64,000 nucleotides of DNA from an uncultured delta proteobacterium (GCA_963810935.1 CAWEPK010000003.1:111622-175621), one strand, 5' to 3'. Counted from the first letter of the stretch, positions 50,255 through 60,365 are shown. Notes: generated by a model not told the origin, from the letters alone. Made by a program: numbers and translations.

Positions 50255-51025
50255 ATGGCATATCAATATATAACCTATGAGAAGAAAGATAAGACCGCGA
50301 CGATCACGCTCAACACGCCGCCGCTCAACTGGCTCACGATAGTCATGATGAGGGAGATCAACGACGCACTGGCAGACGTGAAGAAAGACGCGTCGCTCCA
50401 GCTTCTGGTCTTCAACCACGCGGGAGAGAAGGCGTTCTCCAGCGGCGCGGCTGTCGAGGACCACACCGAGGACAAAGCGGCCGAGATGATCAACCAGTTC
50501 CACCGGATGTTCCGCAACATGGTCGAGATCGACGTTCCGTCGGTTGCCCTCGTGAACGGCGTGGCCCTGGGAGGAGGGTGCGAGCTTATCTCTTTTTGCG
50601 ACATGGTTGTCGCCTCCGAGAGGTCCAGGTTCGGCCAGCCGGAGATCGCAGTGGGCGTCTTTCCGCCTGTAGCGGCGGCGTGGTTCCCGAAGATCATCGG
50701 TCTGAAGAAGACTTACGAGCTTCTCCTGACGGGCAAGATCATAAGCGCCAAAGAAGCGGAAGCGATAGGGCTGGTCAACGTGGTTATCCCGACGGAAGGT
50801 TTCGCCGAAGGGGCGGCCAAGTTCCTGGGCGATCTGCTCAAGATGAGCAGGCCGGTTATGATCTGGACGAAGAAGGCGATAAAGGCAGGGTTGAGCCTCG
50901 ATTTCGCGCAGTCGCTCAATGCCGCGGAGGTCATCTACCTGCAGGGCTGCATGACCACGAAGGACGCAAGAGAAGGCATCACGGCATTCCTGGAAAAAAG
51001 AAAGGCCGTGTGGAAGGATGAGTAA
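50255..51025 (+). CDS. dch: Cyclohexa-1,5-dienecarbonyl-CoA hydratase (Dch/BamR), crotonase family
   Basis: PPLNWL, FSSGAAVEDH, ALGGGCEL, GQPEIAVGVFPP; cluster context. Confidence 0.85.
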   Translation: MAYQYITYEKKDKTATITLNTPPLNWLTIVMMREINDALADVKKDASLQLLVFNHAGEKAFSSGAAVEDHTEDKAAEMINQFHRMFRNMVEIDVPSVALVNGVALGGGCELISFCDMVVASERSRFGQPEIAVGVFPPVAAAWFPKIIGLKKTYELLLTGKIISAKEAEAIGLVNVVIPTEGFAEGAAKFLGDLLKMSRPVMIWTKKAIKAGLSLDFAQSLNAAEVIYLQGCMTTKDAREGITAFLEKRKAVWKDE

Positions 51026-52208
51026 ACCGTCTGCGATAGTGCTGACGCCCGCGAGCGAAATTCGGGCGCGGATCAAGAGACTGAAACCGCTTATAGAAAA
51101 AGGCCGCCTGGATGCGGCCTTTTTTCATTACAAGATCGACTACTATTATTTTTCCGGCACCATGCAGGACGGCTTCCTGTTCGTGCCCCTTACGGGTGCG
51201 CCCGTGCTCTTCATAAAAAGGGAGCTGAAAAGGGCCATGCAGGAATCGCCGCTTAATAAGGTGGTGCCCCTGACGTCGCTGGAGGAGATACGCCCGTTCG
51301 TCAAGGGTATGAAGAGGGTCGGCATGCAGTTCGACGTCATGCCCTATAATATGGTTATGAAGTACGAGAGCCTGCTTCCGGACCTGAAGTTTGTCGACGT
51401 CTCGCCGCTGGCCAAAATCGTGCGGAAGAAGAAGTCGCCTTTCGAGATCGGCATAATGGAAAGGGCGGCCGCCATATCGAAGAAGGTCTACGGCATGATA
51501 CCGGAGCTTCTGACCGAGGGGATGAGCGAGATAGAGCTGGGCGGACTGATGGAGGCGTACGCAAAGCCTTTAGGCCACGAGGGCCTGCTGCGCATGCGGT
51601 CCCTCAACTACGAGCCTTACACCTGGCACATCCTTTCGGGCAGCTCGGGCAGCATCGTGAGCCAGTCGGATTCGCCGATGGGCGGCATGGGCCTGTCGCC
51701 TGCCTTCCCGGTCGGGGCAAGCCGCAAGAAGATGCGCAAGGGCGAGCCGATACTGGTCGACTTCGGCATCAACTACCACGGCTACCATATGGACCTGACC
51801 AGGATGTACGCCATCGGCCGGATGCCGGAGCGGTATGTCCGCGCCTACGAGGTGTGCAGGGAGATCGAGTACAAGGTGCTCGACAGGGCCGTGCGGGGGG
51901 CAAGCGCGTCATCGCTCTACGCGTACTCCGTCGAGCTTGCCGAAAAATCGGGCTTAGGCCCTTACTATCTCGGATATAACGGTTACAAGACCCATTTTCT
52001 CGGGCATGGCATAGGCGTGGAGCTTAGCGAGCTGCCCTATCTCGCCCCCAGGCATGATTACCCGATGGAGGCGGGGATGACCTTTGCCATCGAGCCGAAG
52101 ATGGTCTTCCCCAGGGGCGGCGCGAGCGGCATAGAGGACACGGTGCTTTTGGAGAAGAACGGATACCGTATACTATCGGACGTGGATGACCGCATTGTCA
52201 TCGTATAA
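51018..52208 (+). CDS. Xaa-Pro peptidase (M24) family protein
   Basis: VDFG..YHMDLTR, GHGIGVE, AIEPK, GIEDT. Confidence 0.88.
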   Translation: MSKPSAIVLTPASEIRARIKRLKPLIEKGRLDAAFFHYKIDYYYFSGTMQDGFLFVPLTGAPVLFIKRELKRAMQESPLNKVVPLTSLEEIRPFVKGMKRVGMQFDVMPYNMVMKYESLLPDLKFVDVSPLAKIVRKKKSPFEIGIMERAAAISKKVYGMIPELLTEGMSEIELGGLMEAYAKPLGHEGLLRMRSLNYEPYTWHILSGSSGSIVSQSDSPMGGMGLSPAFPVGASRKKMRKGEPILVDFGINYHGYHMDLTRMYAIGRMPERYVRAYEVCREIEYKVLDRAVRGASASSLYAYSVELAEKSGLGPYYLGYNGYKTHFLGHGIGVELSELPYLAPRHDYPMEAGMTFAIEPKMVFPRGGASGIEDTVLLEKNGYRILSDVDDRIVIV

Positions 52209-52986
52209 GGTCCTTTTTTCAACGGGCTCGCTCTCGCATCTTTCTCTGAAAGAGATCTTTACCCTTGCGCGAAAGGCGGGCTTCGACGGCTGCGACCTCG
52301 TAATCCAGCGCCACTTGGACGATGAGGCGTACAGGGAGACGCTGGCCGAGGCGGTTTCCATCTTACCGGCCCTGGCGCTCCACGTGCCGTTCGAACGCTT
52401 GCGGTCCTGGGGCAATCAGGTGCAGGCCTTAGCAAAAAGCGTTGCCCTTGCGGACGAGTTCGATATACCCGTCGTCTGCTTCCACCCGCCGTCATGGTTC
52501 CACTTCGAGATCACCTTCATCCGGTGGTTCCGGAAGGTGAAGGACTTCCAGAAGGAGCTTGGGTGCTGCAAGTCCTGCGTGGCCCTGGAGAATATGCCCC
52601 TCGTGGGCGGGGAGATAAAGCGAAGGCCATACGTGCTCAACGATTTCAAGGACATGATCAAGTTCGGCACGCAGAGGAACCTTTACTTCACGTTCGACAC
52701 CACCCACATCGCAACGTTCGAGCACGATGCGATCGACGCCTTCCGCCACTACGCGAAGACGGGCAGGCTGAAGCACGTGCACCTGAGCGACTACGCCGCA
52801 GAGCGGAGCCACCTTTTTCCGGGGACGGGCCACCTGCCGCTCGAGGGACTGCTCGATGCCATGGTAGATGCCGGATACGACGGCGCGGTGAGCCTGGAGG
52901 TTGCCCCGGACGAGATGCCGGAGGAGCCGGAAGCGCTGGAGGCGATGCTTCGCGAGGCCGTCTCTTTCCTTAAGCGGGCCGGATAA
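52186..52986 (+). CDS. Sugar phosphate isomerase/epimerase (TIM barrel) family
   Basis: ALENMP, FDTTH, HVHLSD, HLFPGTG, SLEV. Confidence 0.85.
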   Translation: MTALSSYKVLFSTGSLSHLSLKEIFTLARKAGFDGCDLVIQRHLDDEAYRETLAEAVSILPALALHVPFERLRSWGNQVQALAKSVALADEFDIPVVCFHPPSWFHFEITFIRWFRKVKDFQKELGCCKSCVALENMPLVGGEIKRRPYVLNDFKDMIKFGTQRNLYFTFDTTHIATFEHDAIDAFRHYAKTGRLKHVHLSDYAAERSHLFPGTGHLPLEGLLDAMVDAGYDGAVSLEVAPDEMPEEPEALEAMLREAVSFLKRAG

Positions 52987-52994
52987 GGAAACGG

Positions 52995-54357
52995 ATGGCG
53001 AATAAGCGCAAGACGGTTTTCATGTGCGATTCGTGCGGGCACGAGACGGCCAAATGGGTCGGCAAATGCCCGAGGTGCGACGAATGGGACACGATGCGGG
53101 AGGTCGAGGCGGTGCCGGAAGGCGCAGATGCAGGCGTCGTGGCGACGCCCGGTAATCGTCGAGGACGAGGAGTTCGTTGAAGAGAGGATTACCCTCGGCA
53201 TCGACGAGATGGACCGCGTCCTCGGGGGCGGCCTGACGAAAGGCTCGTCGATATTGCTCGGCGGCGACCCCGGCATAGGCAAGACCACCCTCTCCTTCGC
53301 GGTTGCGGCCAGATTGTCCGACCTCGGGGTGAAGGTGCTCTACGTCTCCGGCGAGGAGTCGCTCAGGCAGCTCGCCGGGAGGAAAAAGCGCCTGGGCCTC
53401 AAATCGCCTTTCTCGCTTCTCGTGACGAACCGGCTCGACGACATCACGCAGGCGGTCGAAAAAGAGGACTACGGGCTGCTCATCATCGATTCGATCCAGT
53501 CGATTTATAATTCCAGGCTTGCCTTCCTGCCGGGCAGCACGAGCCAGATCAGGGACGTAAGCTCCAGGCTTATAAGGGAGCTGAAAAGCCGGGAGATCAC
53601 CCACGTATTCATCGGGCACGTGACGAAGGAAGGGGCCATCGCGGGGCCGAAGATACTTGAGCACATGGTAGACACGGTGCTCTATTTCGAGGGCGACAGG
53701 ACCATGCCCTACCGCATGCTCCGGGCGATCAAGAACAGGTACGGCCCAGTCGACGAGATCGGCCTTTTCCAGATGTCCCAGACGGGCCTCGTCAGCGTCG
53801 AGCCGTCCCTTTATTTTTTATCGGAGAGTGGCCAGGCCGGCCCTGGCAGCACGCTCTTTCCGCACGTAACCGGCTCGCGCCCGCTGGTGATGGAGGTGCA
53901 GGCCATCTGCCCCAAAACCAGCTTTTCCTTCTCTAAGAAATTATCGATAGGCTACGACGTGAACCGCCTATTCATACTTGTGGCGGTATTGGAGAAGTCG
54001 CTCGGCATGCCTTTTTCCGACCGCGACGTCTACGTCAACCTGACCGGCGGCATCAAAGTAGGCGAGCCGGGCATCGACCTCGCCATTGCCGCCTCGATAC
54101 TATCCAGCCAACGCGACGAAACCTGGGGAGAGGCCGCGTTCTTCGGCGAGATAGGGCTGACAGGCGAGGTGAGACGGGTAGTGGCTGCGGAGATGCGGCT
54201 GCGCGAATGCGAAAGGCTGCATATAAAAAAGGTATTTTGCCCGCCGGCAGGGGAGACACCGCCGGGCATAGAGGTAGTCCCGATCAAGCACGTGCGAGAG
54301 TTGTACGGGCATCTGGCGAAGCAGGGCGCGCTGACGGGGACCGGAGCGCGCGGATAA
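52995..54357 (+). pseudogene. radA: DNA repair protein RadA/Sms, frameshifted at about 53110-53150 (probably an assembly error)
   Basis: [17 protein letters not shown] zinc finger; GGDPGIGKTT, YVSGEES, IDSIQ, KNRYG, GEIGLTGE in the next frame. Confidence 0.92.
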
Positions 54358-54690
54358 GACAAAAAGGCGAAAAAGCAAATGCGGAGTACTGCGGGCGGCT
54401 GGACTCGCGCCTGCTGCGGGGCCGCGCTATGCGGCGCCCTGCTCAGCGCGTGCCCTCCGACGTTTACCACCATGCATCGTGGCACCTTTTCAACAGGCTT
54501 GGAACGTGGGGGTACCCGGCAAACCGAGTTTCAACTGATATGGGTTCGCCTCCGGCCGACGCACTTCACATTGCATCCACATATCGCGACCCCTTGAGGC
54601 GCTCCTCCGGCCGCGACCGCCGCTAACGGAGCAGCGATGCTGCGCATCCCTTTGGCGGCGGTAAGAGCGGGTGGTACGATAGGCATGGCG
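54355..54690 (+). repeat. Modular intergenic repeat, copy 4 (full length, A-B-C-D)
   Basis: Close match to copies 2 and 6; starts at the radA stop codon. Confidence 0.92.
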
Positions 54691-54849
54691 ATGCATTCAA
54701 CAGTATAGAAGCAAAAACTAAGCATATCGAACAACGTCATGTGTGAGAATTACTTCTTGAAATATTTACTTTATTTCATTTCTGGTTAATGCAATAGTAC
54801 AAGTGGAGAGCAAAGGACTAAGAAAAACATGTGACCGAGGAGGAGAAAA

Positions 54850-55564
54850 ATGAAGCAACCCTTGGGTCTCCTATTACTTGTTGCCGCCGTTATTTGCGCC
54901 GCTGGTTGTAGTACCACTTCGTCGGGTATCAATCGACAACAGATCGTAAATAACAGTCCGAAATCGTTGCCTTTCAAAGTCATCGTCAGTGAAAAGGGGA
55001 AAGACATAGAATCCGTAGGCACGGCTGAACAAGTGAATTATAAGGAACTGTTGCCTTTGTTTGGTCTTAGCAGCTTTGGTATTGCGCAGGCTCGCAAAAA
55101 ACGAGACGGCCATCGCAGCAATCCAGGGTAGGTTTGCCGCGGGCCAGGCGTTTGAAGAGACGGGAAGGGCAAGGTGCAGCCCTGATTCCGGGGCAAGCAT
55201 GGTCAAGCTCGAACTGCTTCATTTTAAACACTTCGGCTCTGCGAAAAAACCTGGTTATGTAGGAGTGAGCGGATTAATGCAATTCAGCTCAGAACTGATC
55301 GGCTCCCATCAGACGACGATCTCTTCGTACGCCTTTGTCTGGTACACAAAAGGTACTTTCTTCGCGAGCCAGGAAAGGGATATTCTACGCGAAATCATGG
55401 AAAACGCTCTTGAGCATTGGGGCCAGCAATTTGGTGACGTGCCATCAGCCGCAAAAGGTGTTACGGGTTTCCCCGGTCCAGGATCAGGCCAATTCACGGT
55501 TGGCACCGCTGACTACGTTTATGACATCTTCAAGCCGATCCCCGACAAAGTCGGTCCCAGATAG
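54850..55564 (+). CDS. Hypothetical lipoprotein, AT-richer, probably one gene split by a frameshift at the A6 run near 55096
   Basis: GGAGGAG RBS, AAGC lipobox; ORFs 54850-55131 and 55061-55564 join if A6 is read as A5. Confidence 0.6.
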
Positions 55565-55600
55565 GGGATGTAGTTGACTAAGTTGACACGGGCAAGATAG

Positions 55601-55650
55601 CCCGCAGCAGGCGCGAGTCCAGCCGCCCGGAGTACTCCGTCTCCGCTTTC
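55601..55650 (-). repeat. Modular intergenic repeat, copy 5 (module A only)
   Basis: Reverse complement cggagtactccgggcggctggactcgcgcctgctgcggg differs at one base from 54382-54420. Confidence 0.85.
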
Positions 55651-56858
55651 TTAGGATTGGCGATTCTTATAATCCGCGTACCGGAACCGCTTTACGGTTT
55701 CCACCTCACCCCCGCGCCGCAGCACCGCGATGTCGGGTAGGCCTATGCCGTTGAACGTTGTGTTCTTTACTATGCTGTATAGCGCCATGTCTGTAAAGAC
55801 CAGCCTGTCGCCGCGCGCAAGCTGCTCTGTCGAATGAGTAATCGCCCATTACATCGCCCGCGAGGCAGCTTGGTCCGCCTATGCGGTATGTGTGCTTCTT
55901 TTCGCCGGGCGCGCCGGAGCCCAGGACTTGCGGCCTGTAGGGCATTAGAAGCACGTCGGGCATGTGTGTCTCTGCTGAGGCGTCGAGGACTGCTATCTCG
56001 CCGTCGTTCTCGTACTATGTCGATGACCGTTGCTATGAGCACGCCTGCGTTTAATACGCTCGCCTCGCCCGGCTCCAGGTAGACCTGCACGCCGTATTTT
56101 TTCTTGAAGGCGTTTATCAGGCTGACGAGGCGGTCGATGTCGTAATCGTCGCGCGTTATATGGTGGCCGCCGCCGAAATTTACCCATCGCAGACCTTCAA
56201 TATACGGGCCGTACAGCCTTTCGAACGATGCGAGGACCCTTTCCATGACGTCGGAACCCTGCTCGCACATGGCGTGGAAGTGGAGGCCGTCCACCAATCC
56301 GCGCGCGCCGGGGAATTCACGGTCGAATATATCGTGTGTTACCCCAAGGCGCGAGAGGGGTGTGCAGGGGTTGTACATGTCATGTGCGATCTCGCAGTGT
56401 CCCGGGTTTACCCGCAGGCCGATCTCAACGCCTTTCTTCCGCGCGGCCTTTCCGTATTTTTCGAGCTGGTAAAACGAGTTGAATATAACGCAGTCGGAAT
56501 ACCTGAGAACGGCGGCGATCTCTTCTTTTTTATATGCAGGCGAGAAGGTGTGCACCTCGCCCCCGAATTTCTCACGCCCCAGCCTCGCCTCGTTCAGGCC
56601 GCTCGCGCATGTCCCGTCGAGGTACCTGCCCATCATCGGAAAGACAGCGAAGGAGGCGAACGCCTTAAGGGCGTGCAGTATCTTGCAGCCCGTCCGCTCC
56701 TTCACGTATTTAAGGACGCGCATGTTTTCTTCAATGAGGGTTTCGTCGAGGAGGTAAACGGGTGTTTTTATCGCGCCCGCCGCAATGGCGAGGAACCTTT
56801 TGTTTGCCGCTTCGAACCGCTTCTTTTTGGCTTCTTTTATGCCGACGGATGTTTTCAA
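55651..56858 (-). pseudogene. nspC: Carboxy(nor)spermidine decarboxylase, frameshifts near 56010 and 55825 (probably assembly errors)
   Basis: HALKAF (PLP Lys), ASGLNEA, GLHFH, NFGGGH, EPGE, HMPDVL.MPYRP, SCLAGD, YSIVKNTTFNG. Confidence 0.9.
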
Positions 56859-58084
56859 GGAAGGGCTGCGTGCTCGACTACCTGCCACGGAAGGCCGTAC
56901 TTGTTGAGCGCCTCCATGAAGCCGTCCGGGTCGAGCTGCTCTATGTTATATACGCCTATGCCTTGCCAGGCGCCGGTTATGAGCATCATTGCGCCGATCA
57001 TCGCGGGTACTCCTGTTGTGTAAGCGACTGCCTGCGTGCCCGTCTCGGCGAATGCCTGCGCGTGGTCGCACACGTTGTAAATATACCTTGTGAGGGGCCT
57101 TCCGTCTTTTTTGCCGCTCATGATGTTGCCGATGACGGTCTTGCCGCTGTACGTGGGGCCGAGGGAGGCGGGCTCGGGAAGCAGGCTTTTCAGGAACCTG
57201 ACGGGGACCACCTTGCAGCCTTCGTAGTCGACCTCGTCGATCCTCGTCATGCCTACGTTCCGGAGCACCCTGAGGTGATTGAGGTAGTTGTCGGAGAATG
57301 TCATCCAGAACCTTGCCCTCTTGATGCCGGGCATGTGGCGGACAAGCGATTCGAGCTCCTCGTGGTAAAGGAGATAGCTCTCTTTCGGCCCTGCTACAGG
57401 GTAGTCGAATGTGAAATGGACGCTGCTTTCCTCGATTATCGCGGGCGTCTCGGCCCATCCGCCATTATCCCAGTGGCGCACGGGCTGCGTCACCTCGCGG
57501 ATGTTGATCTCCGGGTTGAAGTTCGTCGCGAACGCATGTCCGTGGCTGCCTGCGTTGCAGTCGAGGATGTCCAGGTAATCGATCTCGTCGAAGAGGTGTT
57601 TTTGCGCGTACGCGGTGAAGACGTTCGTCACGCCGGGGTCGAAGCCGGAGCCCAAGAGCGCCATGATCCCTTTTTGCCTGAACCTCTCCTCGTATGCCCA
57701 TTGCCAGCTATATTCGAAATGGGCCTCGTCCGGCGGCTCGTAGTTTGCGGTGTCAACGTAGTCCGTGCCCGTCTCCAGGCAGGCGTCCATGATGTGTAAG
57801 TCCTGATACGGGAGGGCGAGATTCAGGACCAGGTCCGGGCTGAACCGCATGATAAGGCGCGCCAGCTCGGCAGTGTTGTCGGCATCGATTTGCGCGGTCT
57901 CGATCTCCCTGCCGTATTTTGCGCGAATCGCCTCTTTGATCGCCTCGCATTTTCCGATGGTCCTGCTCGCGACCATGATCGCCTTGAAGACGTCCGGGAG
58001 CTGCGCGCATTTGTGCGCGGCAACTGTCGCCACGCCGCCTGCCCCTATAATCAGTATCCTTCCCTTGCGTTCTCTGTTGCTCAT
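56855..58084 (-). CDS. Carboxy(nor)spermidine dehydrogenase (saccharopine dehydrogenase family)
   Basis: IIGAGGVA, NLALPYQDL, YVDTANYEP, GFDPGVT, FATNFNPEINIRE; directly upstream of nspC. Confidence 0.93.
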   Translation of the reverse strand: MSNRERKGRILIIGAGGVATVAAHKCAQLPDVFKAIMVASRTIGKCEAIKEAIRAKYGREIETAQIDADNTAELARLIMRFSPDLVLNLALPYQDLHIMDACLETGTDYVDTANYEPPDEAHFEYSWQWAYEERFRQKGIMALLGSGFDPGVTNVFTAYAQKHLFDEIDYLDILDCNAGSHGHAFATNFNPEINIREVTQPVRHWDNGGWAETPAIIEESSVHFTFDYPVAGPKESYLLYHEELESLVRHMPGIKRARFWMTFSDNYLNHLRVLRNVGMTRIDEVDYEGCKVVPVRFLKSLLPEPASLGPTYSGKTVIGNIMSGKKDGRPLTRYIYNVCDHAQAFAETGTQAVAYTTGVPAMIGAMMLITGAWQGIGVYNIEQLDPDGFMEALNKYGLPWQVVEHAALP

Positions 58085-58104
58085 CGATTAAGTTGTCTCT
58101 CCTG

Positions 58105-58929
58105 TCAGCATAAAAGCATGAGGATCTCACGCGCGACCTTGGCGGCGCAAACGGAAGAAACGAATGACGCGTCGTAGTCGGGCGCAAGCTCCACGATGTC
58201 GGCACCCACGATGTTCAGGCCTTTCAAAGCGAGAAGGTATTCGATTGCCTCGTTGAACGTGATCCCGCCGGGCTCGGGCGTCGTGACTCCGGGGGCCAGC
58301 GACGGGTCGAAGACGTCCAGGTCGAACGTCACGTAGACGGGTAAATCGCGGCGCAGGCGATTCGTCAGGGCGGCGGGCGAATCGATGCACGCGAGGCCCT
58401 CGAATTCTTCCCGCGTACCGGAGCGTATCCCTATGTGCAGCATCTCTTCTATGCCCAGCTCTTTGACGCGCCTCATGACCGTCGCGTGGGAGAGCCTCTG
58501 GCCTTCGTAGTCGTCCCGCAGGTCGCAATGGGCGTCGAAGTGGACTACCTGCACGCTCGCGATACGACCCGTTACGGCCTTCATGATAGGGTATGTGACG
58601 AGGTGCTCGCCGCCGAAAACGAGGACCTTCCCGCCCGCGCTGTATATCTCATCTACTGCTTCTTCTATGACGTCGAGTGAATAGAGAAGGTCCCCGTTGC
58701 GAAGCTCGAGGTTGCCGTCATCGCGGAACGCCATCTCTTCGAGGTCGCGCTTGAAATACGGGCTGTAAGTCTCGAGCGTCCATGACGCCTTTCTTATGCT
58801 GTCGGGGGCAAAGCGCGTGCCCGGCCGGAAAGACGAGGTGGCGTCGAGGGGGCACCCGAGCAGCGTCACCGCAGCGCGGCCGTCGCTCTTCTTCGACCCG
58901 ATGTACATATTGTTGAAGACGCCTTTCAT
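58105..58929 (-). CDS. speB: Agmatinase
   Basis: SFRPGTRF, GGEH, DAHCD, SHAT, DLDVFDP, TPEPGG. Confidence 0.93.
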   Translation of the reverse strand: MKGVFNNMYIGSKKSDGRAAVTLLGCPLDATSSFRPGTRFAPDSIRKASWTLETYSPYFKRDLEEMAFRDDGNLELRNGDLLYSLDVIEEAVDEIYSAGGKVLVFGGEHLVTYPIMKAVTGRIASVQVVHFDAHCDLRDDYEGQRLSHATVMRRVKELGIEEMLHIGIRSGTREEFEGLACIDSPAALTNRLRRDLPVYVTFDLDVFDPSLAPGVTTPEPGGITFNEAIEYLLALKGLNIVGADIVELAPDYDASFVSSVCAAKVAREILMLLC

Positions 58930-59108
58930 GCGATATTTTCCGGGAGATGCCGGGTAAGATGAAGGTCCAGGATGTGCGATGGCCCGGTATCGGTTACTTT
59001 AAGCCGGTACGCCGGTCGGTGCAAACAAATGGCCCTGCTGCAAGCAGCAGGGCATCGCATCCAAAGCAAGCATATGCGCATCTTGCCTTTCCTATGAAGC
59101 GGCCGGGG

Positions 59109-59582
59109 CTAATTCCACAAAACCACGCCCGCGAAAACGGCGCCCACGCTCTCGACTCTGTGCGTCGCCGAAATCGCCATTATCGTCTTATAAGGCCGTT
59201 TCCGGAACTCCATGCCTTTTCTTACCATCTCCTTGACCCGCTCCAGCACTACCTTTTCTTCTGCCCTTGCCGAATATTCCATTATGAGGCCCGCCAGGCT
59301 CGTGTCCTCCGGTATGCCTATTGCGACGGCAGCAGAAATGATTTCCCCAGGTACGTCGCTCGCGAGCGATGCATAGGCAACCGGCACGAGTGCTCCCTGC
59401 GGCATCGGCACGGGCGGCGGATTCAGCTCTTTGCAGCCGGGAGGAAGTATGCTGCTCATTTTCACGAGGTTGGTGTCTCCGACGCCGGAAGCCAGAAGGG
59501 CGCCGTCAAATGCATTGAGTAACGAGAATCCTTCGGAAGAGCCCCGGACAAGAAAAAACGTAGTTGGCGTTTGAATGATCAC
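59109..59582 (-). CDS. pdaD: Pyruvoyl-dependent arginine decarboxylase
   Basis: LNAFDGALL..GVGDTNLVKMSSILPP (Ser-Ser self-cleavage site), GLIMEY; GTG start with GGAGG. Confidence 0.9.
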   Translation of the reverse strand: MIIQTPTTFFLVRGSSEGFSLLNAFDGALLASGVGDTNLVKMSSILPPGCKELNPPPVPMPQGALVPVAYASLASDVPGEIISAAVAIGIPEDTSLAGLIMEYSARAEEKVVLERVKEMVRKGMEFRKRPYKTIMAISATHRVESVGAVFAGVVLWN

Positions 59583-59691
59583 TTTCCCACCTCCCGAATT
59601 CTTTAATGCCTGGCAGCCTCAGCTACGCCCCATCCCCATCTGTCCGGCCGGGTCGGTCCTTTTCCTCTACGCGAAAACCACCCGGCGACAA

Positions 59692-60246
59692 TTAAAAATT
59701 TGGAGGCGAAGATACCCAGAGGACCAATGCCCTCATCTTCCGCCTATTAATGAGGTAATGCTTTTTCGACGCCTTGAAGTAGAAGCATTCCCCCTTTCGC
59801 ACCCTGTAAGTCTTCAGGCCGAGCATCACGTCGATAGTGCCTGACAACACGAAGCCGAACTCTTCTCCTTCGTGCGGCTCCTCCTCGTCCGTCGCCTCGC
59901 CGCTGCGCAGAGTAAGGAGCGCAGGGTCCATAAGCCTGTTCTGCGCGGCCGGGACGAGTATGTCGAACGTTTCGTTGCTCTCCCTCTCCAGCGTTACCCT
60001 GTCGTCCGGCCCGAACACGATCTTCTCGTCGAACCCCTCGTCGAAAAAGACAGACGCCTTCTGGTCGAGGGCGTCGAGTATGCCGAGAAGGCTTTCGACG
60101 GAGAGCGAAGTGAGATTCCTCTCTACCTGCGAGATGAAGCCCTTCGTCAATCCGGCGCGCGACGCGAGCTCCTCCTGGGTAAGCGACTTCGCTTGCCTCA
60201 TCATACGTATCCGCTCGCCTATGCTCGATCCGCCGGTTTTCATCAT
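59692..60246 (-). CDS. XRE-cupin transcriptional regulator (PuuR-like)
   Basis: LTQEELASRAGLTKGFISQVER HTH; PHEGEEFGFVLSG cupin. Confidence 0.92.
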   Translation of the reverse strand: MMKTGGSSIGERIRMMRQAKSLTQEELASRAGLTKGFISQVERNLTSLSVESLLGILDALDQKASVFFDEGFDEKIVFGPDDRVTLERESNETFDILVPAAQNRLMDPALLTLRSGEATDEEEPHEGEEFGFVLSGTIDVMLGLKTYRVRKGECFYFKASKKHYLINRRKMRALVLWVSSPPNF

Positions 60247-60267
60247 GAACAGTAAACGCTCATCAAA

Positions 60268-60285
60268 AGTTTATTGTATTAAACT
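60268..60285. promoter_or_regulatory. Palindromic operator candidate in the divergent regulator/TPP-enzyme gap
   Basis: AGTTTA-ttgtat-TAAACT; a further TAAACT half-site near 60344. Confidence 0.5.
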
Positions 60286-60365
60286 AAACCAAATTGAAAG
60301 CCGTGTCAACCAATTTTTATTTAACTTCCCGATGCAGTATGCTAAACTCATCTAAGGTACTAATT

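Noticed and set aside
58930..59108. Possible seventh, degenerate copy of the modular repeat after pdaD (ggatgcgatgccctgct resembles module B)
   Set aside because: The match is too short to call by eye, and the gccctgctgc/gcagcagggc hairpin is explained as an ordinary intergenic stem. Needs a profile search.
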